The translations under genes were made by a program, and so were the position numbers. 64,000 nt of DNA from positions 1 to 64,000 of the forward strand of contig JAUCBJ010005498.1 of NCBI GenBank assembly GCA_032718475.1, given 5' to 3'. The notes beneath the pieces were generated by a model. That model was not told the origin of the DNA, made no database searches, and saw only the letters and a list, made by a program, of their open reading frames with translations. The stretch comes from Nemertoderma westbladi (taxonomy: Eukaryota > Animalia > Xenacoelomorpha). Within the stretch, counting starts at the first letter, position 1; the number at the start of each line of letters is the position of its first letter. Positions 58,601-64,000 of the stretch are shown in pieces.

Positions 58601-61217
58601 CCAACCTGTTATCTATCCAATCTACTCCGATCTATATTGATGTATTATAGATCACCAACCTGTTATCTATCCAATCTACTCCTATCCATATTGCTGTATT
58701 ATAGATCACCAACCTGTTATCTATCCAATCTACTCCTATCCATATTGCTGTATTATAGATCACCAACCTGTTATCTATCCAATCTACTCCGATCTATATT
58801 GATGTATTATAGATCACCAACCTGTTATCTACACGAATCTACTCCGATCTATATTGATGTATTATAGATCACCAACCTGTTATCTATCCAATCTACTCCG
58901 ATCTATATTGATGTATTATAGATCACCAACCTGTTATCTACACGAATCTAATCCGATCTATATTGATGTATTATAGATCACCAACCTGTTATCTATCCAA
59001 TCTACTCCGATCTATATTGATGTATTATAGATCACCAACCTGTTATCTATCCAATCTACTCCGATCTATATTGATGTATTATAGATCACCAACCTGTTAT
59101 CTATCCAATCTACTCCGATCTATATTGATGTATTATAGATCACCAACCTGTTATCTATCCAATCTACTCCGATCTATATTGCTGTATTATAGATCACCAA
59201 CCTGTTATCTATCCAATCTACTCCGATCTATATTGCTGTATTATAGATCACCAACCTGTTATCTATCCAATCTACTCCGATCTATATTGATGTATTATAG
59301 ATCACCAACCTGTTATCTATCCAATCTACTCCGATCTATATTGATGTATTATAGATCACCAACCTGTTATCTATCCAATCTACTCCGATCTATATTGATG
59401 TATTATAGATCACCAACCTGTTATCTATCCAATCTACTCCGATCTATATTGATGTATTATAGATCACCAACCTGTTATCTATCCAATCTACTCCGATCTA
59501 TATTGATGTATTATAGATCACCAACCTGTTATCTATCCAATCTACTCCGATCTATATTGCTGTATTATAGATCACCAACCTGTTATCTATCCAATCTACT
59601 CCGATCTATATTGCTGTATTATAGATCACCAACCTGTTATCTATCCAATCTACTCCGATCCATATTGCTGTATTATAGATCACCAACCTGTTATCTATCC
59701 AATCTACTCCGATACATATTGCTGTATTATAGATCACCAACCTGTTATCTATCCAATCTACTCCGATCTATATTGATGTATTATAGATCACCAACCTGTT
59801 ATCTATCCAATCTACTCCGATACATATTGCTGTATTATAGATCACCAACCTGTTATCTATCCAATCTACTCCGATCCATATTGCTGTTTTTATCTCCTCA
59901 TCTTGTTCTGCAACGTCTACTATTTGGGTCAGAGTCAAAATGAAGTTAATAACAATCAATTCACCTAAACATATTAAATAATATAAAGTTAATAACAATC
60001 AATTCACCTAAACATATTAAATAATATAAAGTTAATAACAATCAATTCACCTAAACATATTAAATAATATATAAAGTTAATAACAATAAATTCTCCTAAA
60101 CATATTAAATATTAAATAATATATAAAGTTAATAACAATCAATTCACCTAAACATATTAAATAATATATAAAGTTAATAACAATCAATTCACCTAAACAT
60201 ATTAAATATTAAATAATATATAAAGTTAATAACAATCAATTCACCTAAACATATTAAATAATATATAAAGTTAATAACAATCAATTCTCCTAAACATATT
60301 AAATAATATATAAAGTTAATAACAATCAATTCTCCTAAACATATTAAATATTAAATAATATATAAAGTTAATAACAATTAATTCTCCTAAACATATTAAA
60401 TAATATATAAAGTTAATAACAATCAATTCTCCTAAACATATTAAATAATATATAAAGTTAATAACAATCAATTCTCCTAAACATATTAAATAATATAAGG
60501 TTAATAACAATCAATTCACCTAAACATATTAAATATTAAATAATATATAAAGTTAATAACAATCAATTCTCCTAAACATATTAAATAATATATAAAGTTA
60601 ATAACAATCAATTCTCCTAAACATATTAAATATTAAATAATATATAAAGTTAATAACAATCAATTCACCTAAACATATTAAATATTAAATAATATATAAA
60701 GTTAATAACAATCAATTCTCCTAAATATATTAAATAATAATTATTTATATAAAGTTAATAACAATCAATTCTCCTAAACATATTAAATAATATATAAAGT
60801 TAATAACAATCAATTCACCTAAACATATTAAATATTAAATAATATATAAAGTTAATAACAATCAATTCCTCTAAACATATTAAATAATAATTATTCATAG
60901 AAAGTTAATAACAATCAATTCACCTCCTAAACATATTAAACTTTATAATAATTACTATTTATTATCCGAAACAATATAATCCCAATAAAAATTAAGATTT
61001 GTGGAAAAATGGAAAGAGGGACCTGACTTTTTCAGATCTTGTCTACTGGATTGCAGTACCACAGACTTATTTATTACTGACCTTGGCTATTTACAGGCCT
61101 CGAAGACGAATCGTAATCAGCGAACAGTTTGGAAACGAGTTTCTGAGATGGAGTTTCGAATCGTGTTGTAAAAACCACAGAAATTAAACTCAATAGAAAA
61201 ACTAGGTTGAAATTCAT
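13345..61217 (-). CDS. Cys-loop ligand-gated ion channel subunit, nicotinic acetylcholine receptor-like (non-alpha); 8 exons: 61217-61082, 59964-59850, 33940-33785, 24016-23867, 18687-18504, 17790-17594, 17276-17057, 13617-13345; 476 aa
   Basis: Hand-spliced model with GT-AG introns and matching phases (1,2,2,2,0,2,0); total 1431 nt with no internal stop. Motifs in order: signal peptide, LFADY..RPV, QIVDV.E, W.D.RL.W, LWQPN, Cys-loop [33 protein letters not shown]1, [10 protein letters not shown]2, VPL-M3, [22 protein letters not shown]4. Confidence 0.93.
13815..16080 (-). repeat. 39-bp tandem array (~58 units) containing the exon-7 donor CTTATAAG|GTATTGGTAAACAAT
   Basis: 23-25 bp identity with 17043-17066. 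Confidence 0.95.
16406..16925 (+). pseudogene. RPS16: Processed pseudogene of 40S ribosomal protein S16 (uS9)
   Basis: Intronless [17 protein letters not shown]...RYKLL*P...[10 protein letters not shown]...[13 protein letters not shown]. Several in-frame stops; an AGTT duplication before the terminal TAT CGA TAA; AATAAA at ~16906 and ~16918. Confidence 0.93.
17057..17276 (-). CDS. Exon 7 (M3, MX helix, start of intracellular loop)
   Basis: [25 protein letters not shown]; TCAG|T acceptor and AAG|GTATTG donor. Confidence 0.88.
17594..17790 (-). CDS. Exon 6 (M1, M2, start of M3)
   Basis: INLLLP...[22 protein letters not shown]...VPLL; tttCAG| acceptor and TG|GTAAGT donor. Confidence 0.93.
17932..18503 (-). 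repeat. 51-bp tandem array (~11 units) starting at the exon-5 donor
   Basis: Unit TATTGTTACGAGATGTTACCAATACTGATTATCACCTATMKCGATAACCGA; the donor GTAATTGTCACC aligns with CTGATTATCACC in the unit. Confidence 0.92.
18504..18687 (-). CDS. Exon 5 (loops F and C, pre-M1)
   Basis: tttAG|A acceptor and GAG|GTAATT donor; YVTSSEWDI...[15 protein letters not shown]. Confidence 0.9.
18692..23810 (-). repeat. 37-bp tandem array (~140 units, with 24-bp deletion variants) filling intron 4
   Basis: Plus-strand unit AGACAGACAAAATGTAGTACATATGGACAGACATTAT; abuts the exon-5 acceptor. Confidence 0.95.
23867..24016 (-). CDS. Exon 4 with Cys-loop: [49 protein letters not shown]
   Basis: C-x13-C signature; TACAG|G acceptor; AT|GTTAGT donor gives the phase needed by exon 5. 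Confidence 0.92.
25490..26190 (+). mobile_element. RTE-like LINE 3' fragment nested in the CRE-like element
   Basis: [11 protein letters not shown]...LLYG...RLRFAGHC; its 5' part closely matches the reverse complement of 63395-63780. Confidence 0.85.
27988..32141. repeat. GC-rich tandem array of 69-bp and 55-bp units (often 124-bp higher-order pairs), ~65 units
   Basis: Unit GTAGCGAGTGGGGGACAGTTTACACAGGGACGCCCTGCGAGGGCGCATCCACAGA[GGATGGTTCATCCT]. Confidence 0.95.
32170..33479. mobile_element. Non-autonomous foldback DNA transposon, Merlin-like
   Basis: 8-bp TSD GCCACAAT (32162-32169 and 33480-33487); termini GGTTAT/GGTAAT. Inverted arms of 15-17-bp AAAAATATCGAG repeats (32178-32711 and 33036-33471) surround an AT-rich core. 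Confidence 0.8.
33785..33940 (-). CDS. Exon 3: (R)[51 protein letters not shown](R)
   Basis: Not in ORF track. ttcCAG|G acceptor and CCAG|GTAAAC donor; contains the loop-A LWxP motif. Confidence 0.9.
33990..35600 (+). mobile_element. 5'-truncated non-LTR retrotransposon (RT + C-terminal Cys/His knuckle; RTE-X/L2-like, clade uncertain)
   Basis: [46 protein letters not shown]; frameshifted C-terminus HHHIC..CICSLC. Confidence 0.88.
35884..59886 (-). repeat. 54/55-bp tandem array, ~24 kb, ~440 units, each made of the last ~12 codons of exon 2 + donor AG|GTTGGT + ~17 nt of intron
   Basis: Sense unit CAATATAGATCGGAGTAGATTGGATAGATAACAG|GTTGGTGATCTATAATACAG versus exon GCAATATGGATCGGAGTAGATTGGATAGATAACAG|GTTGGT. 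Confidence 0.97.
59850..59964 (-). CDS. Exon 2: (G)[37 protein letters not shown](R)
   Basis: tttAG|GTGA acceptor and CAG|GTTGGT donor; beta1-beta2 pattern QIVDV.E and loop-D Trp. Confidence 0.9.
59943..60940 (-). repeat. 43/45/52-bp tandem array (~21 units) made of the exon-2 acceptor + first ~7 codons
   Basis: Sense unit TATATATTATTTAATATGTTTAG|GWGAATTGATTGTTATTAACTT. Confidence 0.95.
61082..61217 (-). CDS. Exon 1 (signal peptide + N-terminal helix): [45 protein letters not shown](G)
   Basis: Not in ORF track. Hydrophobic leader, nAChR-type 'KL...LF..Y....RPV', donor CAAG|GTCAGT, phase 1 matches exon 2. Confidence 0.88.
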
Positions 61218-61589
61218 CGCATGTCGTTTAATATAACCAAATAAAAGGTTTTCACGAGCCTCAATGGCAGGTATGTCTTTCCAGAATAGTGGTTATATCT
61301 GGCTTCTTGTTACAGTTTCTTTTAGGTATTCGTGTCAGCTTTACATTAAACTTTGTACAAAACTTTCAGACAACTTAGTGGACCTAGTGGTCACAAGTCC
61401 CAGATAGACCATATTCTGTTTCGTGGAAATACAGGAGCTCTATACAAGACTGTAATGCATTTACACTTCGACCCCTCTCCAGTGATCACCGCCTTATTGT
61501 GGCCAAGGTAAGACTTAGTCTGCGTGCTAGCAGAACAACGAAATCTGCCTTGCCGCGGCATGACTGGTCCTCTCTGTTGCAACAGCAAG

Positions 61590-63008
61590 TGTGAGATCCA
61601 GCTTCACACTAAAGCTGAGCAACAGGTATGAGGTTCTTGCCTCTGAGGCGGCAGATCACTGTGAGGGCTATAATGCCTTCACACAAGCAGTTAATATAGC
61701 GCTGCAGAAACAGTTCCTGTATACCCTCGAAACAGGAAAAGGGCCCCCTGGACTGACAACAAAATTCAGAAGTGCCAAAATGACCTCTACAATGACCTCT
61801 ACAAGGCGCAGAAAGAGTCCCGACTCAAACAGACTCCAGCGGCCAAGAATGGAGTTAAGGCTGCATCTAGGTCCCTGAACATGGAGTACTCTGTTAATCT
61901 ACAGGAGCTAATACACCAACAGGTTGATGCCATCAATGATGCTGACGACAGCAGGCAATCATCACAGGCATGGAAATCGATCAATTTGCTTACTGGGCGG
62001 AAAAGCCAACCAACCACCAAGGTTAAGGCTGAATCACCAGCCGATCGCCTCAATGGTTGGAAGGCCTACTGAAAAGCTCCTCAATAATGACAGGGTATTG
62101 CCTGATAACTTTATAGAAGTAAAAGTGTCTGAGTCTGTACTCCCATATATTCCCATTGGCGATATCTCCTTTGCAGAAGTGAAGGCTGCTGTCAAGAGCA
62201 TTAAGACCAATCGTGCCAGTGGAGTAGATAGTGTTCCCCCTGAGGTCTTTAAAATACCTGAGTGTTTAAAGCTCATCTATCCCGTCATAGTAGACATGTA
62301 CCGAACAACAAGAGTCCCACAAGAAATGAAAACAAATAAGTTGGTGCCAGTTCCCAAGAAGGGCAACCTAACACTCTATGGTTCTTTTCGGGGAATCTCA
62401 TTGATCTCGAATCCTGCTAAGCTATACAATAGAATTCTATTAAATCGCATCAGGGATCCCATTGAGAGACTGCTCCGTGGAAATCAGAATGGGTTCCGTA
62501 AAGGTCGTGGGACCATGGAGCCCATTTTGGCACTTAGAATGATATTTGAAGAGTTATTAAAAAAGAAAGACAGGAATCTGGCTGTTATCTTTGTTGACAT
62601 CTTTAAGGCCTTTGATTCAGTCTCACGCTCACATATGTTCAGCATACTTTCATTATATGGGATTCCTGATGAAATTATTGCAGCAATCAGATCAGTATAC
62701 GATGGTTCGACAACTATTGTGTCTACTGTTGACGGTGACACAGAACCATTTGAAGTGTTATGGGGTGTCCTCCAGGGAGACACACTTGCACCATTCTTGT
62801 TCATAATTGTTGTTGACTATGTTCTACGCATGTCCTAAGATCATCACAATGATGATGGGGTGATGATAACTCAACCTACTGGCTCCAGAAGTCGAGCAAA
62901 TCCTGCCAAGTACCTAACTGAACTAGACTTTGCTGATGACTTAGGAGTACTCTCAGAATCACTAGATGGAGTCCAACGGTTCCTCAGCTCATTAGAACAT
63001 GCTGCCTC
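61590..63008 (+). mobile_element. RTE-like LINE, decayed RT region
   Basis: ASGVD, VPKKG, FRGISL, QNGFRKGR, DIFKAFDSV, GVLQGDTLAPFLF, LDFADD (~62925); internal stops. Confidence 0.9.
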
Positions 63009-63200
63009 GTAGACATTCCTCCCCCTTGCGTCGCTGTCGTCTAAAGGTCTAGGTAGCCATTCGTCAAATGTTTGGCAGGGGTTTCAGATTAGTTTTTTTA
63101 GATTAGATTTAGGTATCTAATCTGAAACCCCTGCCAAACATTTGACGAATGGCTGCCTAGACCTTTAGACGACAGCGACGCAAGGGGGAGGAATGTCTAC
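63009..63200. repeat. Near-perfect palindrome, 84-bp arms, 24-bp spacer
   Basis: 63009-63092 is the reverse complement of 63117-63200 with one mismatch. Confidence 0.92.
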
Positions 63201-63394
63201 AAGACGCATAAGGAACCCGTATTAACGCTCACACACACTCGGTTATGAACCGCAAGCACTTTAAGACTACCCACGCCAAGGTAAGAGTTCGTTCGACGCT
63301 TTTTCCCACTGTAAGACCTTAGATCAGGGTGAAATGTGAGGACATTTACACAATAGTTGGCCTGCACGATTTACAGGTGTGCGCTGGTGCTAGT

Positions 63395-64000
63395 ATATGG
63401 TTATATAGTGTCTGGTTGGAGATGTGTGCATTGTACTTGACACAATGAACCCGGCGTAGCATTCTTGTGAATGTGCCATTCAGAGATTTGGTGTCCTCAG
63501 CAGTTAGAACCCAGCATGGACTCCCATAGAGGAGTACTGGAACTACTGCTGCTATAAATAATCGGACCTTAAGTTTCCGATTAATTCTCGGTGACTTCCA
63601 AATCCTGGAAAGCCTATTCAAGGCTGCCCATGCCTTTGCCTTACGTATTCGAAGGTCCTCACCTGACTTCCGGATCCATGGTCCCAGGTAACAGAAGTCG
63701 TCCACATGCTTAAGCATACCATCCTTTGAGCTTATGCTCATTCGATCAGAGACTTGCTGAGGACTTTCAAAGTTAACTGTCAAAATTTTGGTCTTTTGGG
63801 AGTTAATAAAAAGACCAACACTAGAAGCAGCATTTTCTAATGAGCTGAGGAGCCGTTGGACTCCCTCTAGTGATTCTGATAGTACTCCTAAGTCATCAGC
63901 AAAGTCTAGATCAGTTAGGTACTTGGAACGATTTCCTCAATTTCTGGAGCTAGTAGGTGGAGTTATCATCACCCTATGATCATTATGATGATCTAAGGAC
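63395..64000 (-). mobile_element. RTE-like LINE, same family as 61590-63008 and 25490-26190, inverted; runs off the window
   Basis: Reverse complement of 63830-64000 aligns with 62832-63005; VDDFCYLG and LLYG motifs. Confidence 0.88.

Noticed and set aside
36007-59943. Many '[16 protein letters not shown]' ORFs
   Set aside because: Antisense readings of the 54-bp array, broken by 55-bp variants.

Overview
Eukaryotic (AT-rich, animal-like) genomic DNA. The backbone is one intact-looking 8-exon Cys-loop ligand-gated ion channel gene (non-alpha, nicotinic acetylcholine receptor-like, cation-type) on the minus strand. It runs from ATG 61217 to TAA 13345: 1431 nt CDS, 476 aa, all introns GT-AG with consistent phases. 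Exons 1 and 3 are missing from the ORF track and were translated by hand. The gene spans about 48 kb because its introns are filled by unrelated tandem arrays and retroelements. The main observation is that the arrays are built from the gene's own exon boundaries. About 440 copies carry the exon-2 end plus 5' splice site, about 21 the exon-2 3' splice site, about 58 the exon-7 5' splice site, about 140 the branch/polypyrimidine region of the exon-5 acceptor, and about 99 the stop codon fused to AATAAA. Two-copy 'seed' duplications sit at three more splice sites. Also present: an RPS16 processed pseudogene, a full-length CRE-like retrotransposon with an 18-bp TSD and three nested events, a Merlin-like foldback element, several LINE fragments, long palindromes and a 2-kb (ACAGGT)n tract inside a MITE-like inverted repeat. 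Copy numbers are length/unit estimates, and no database search was possible.
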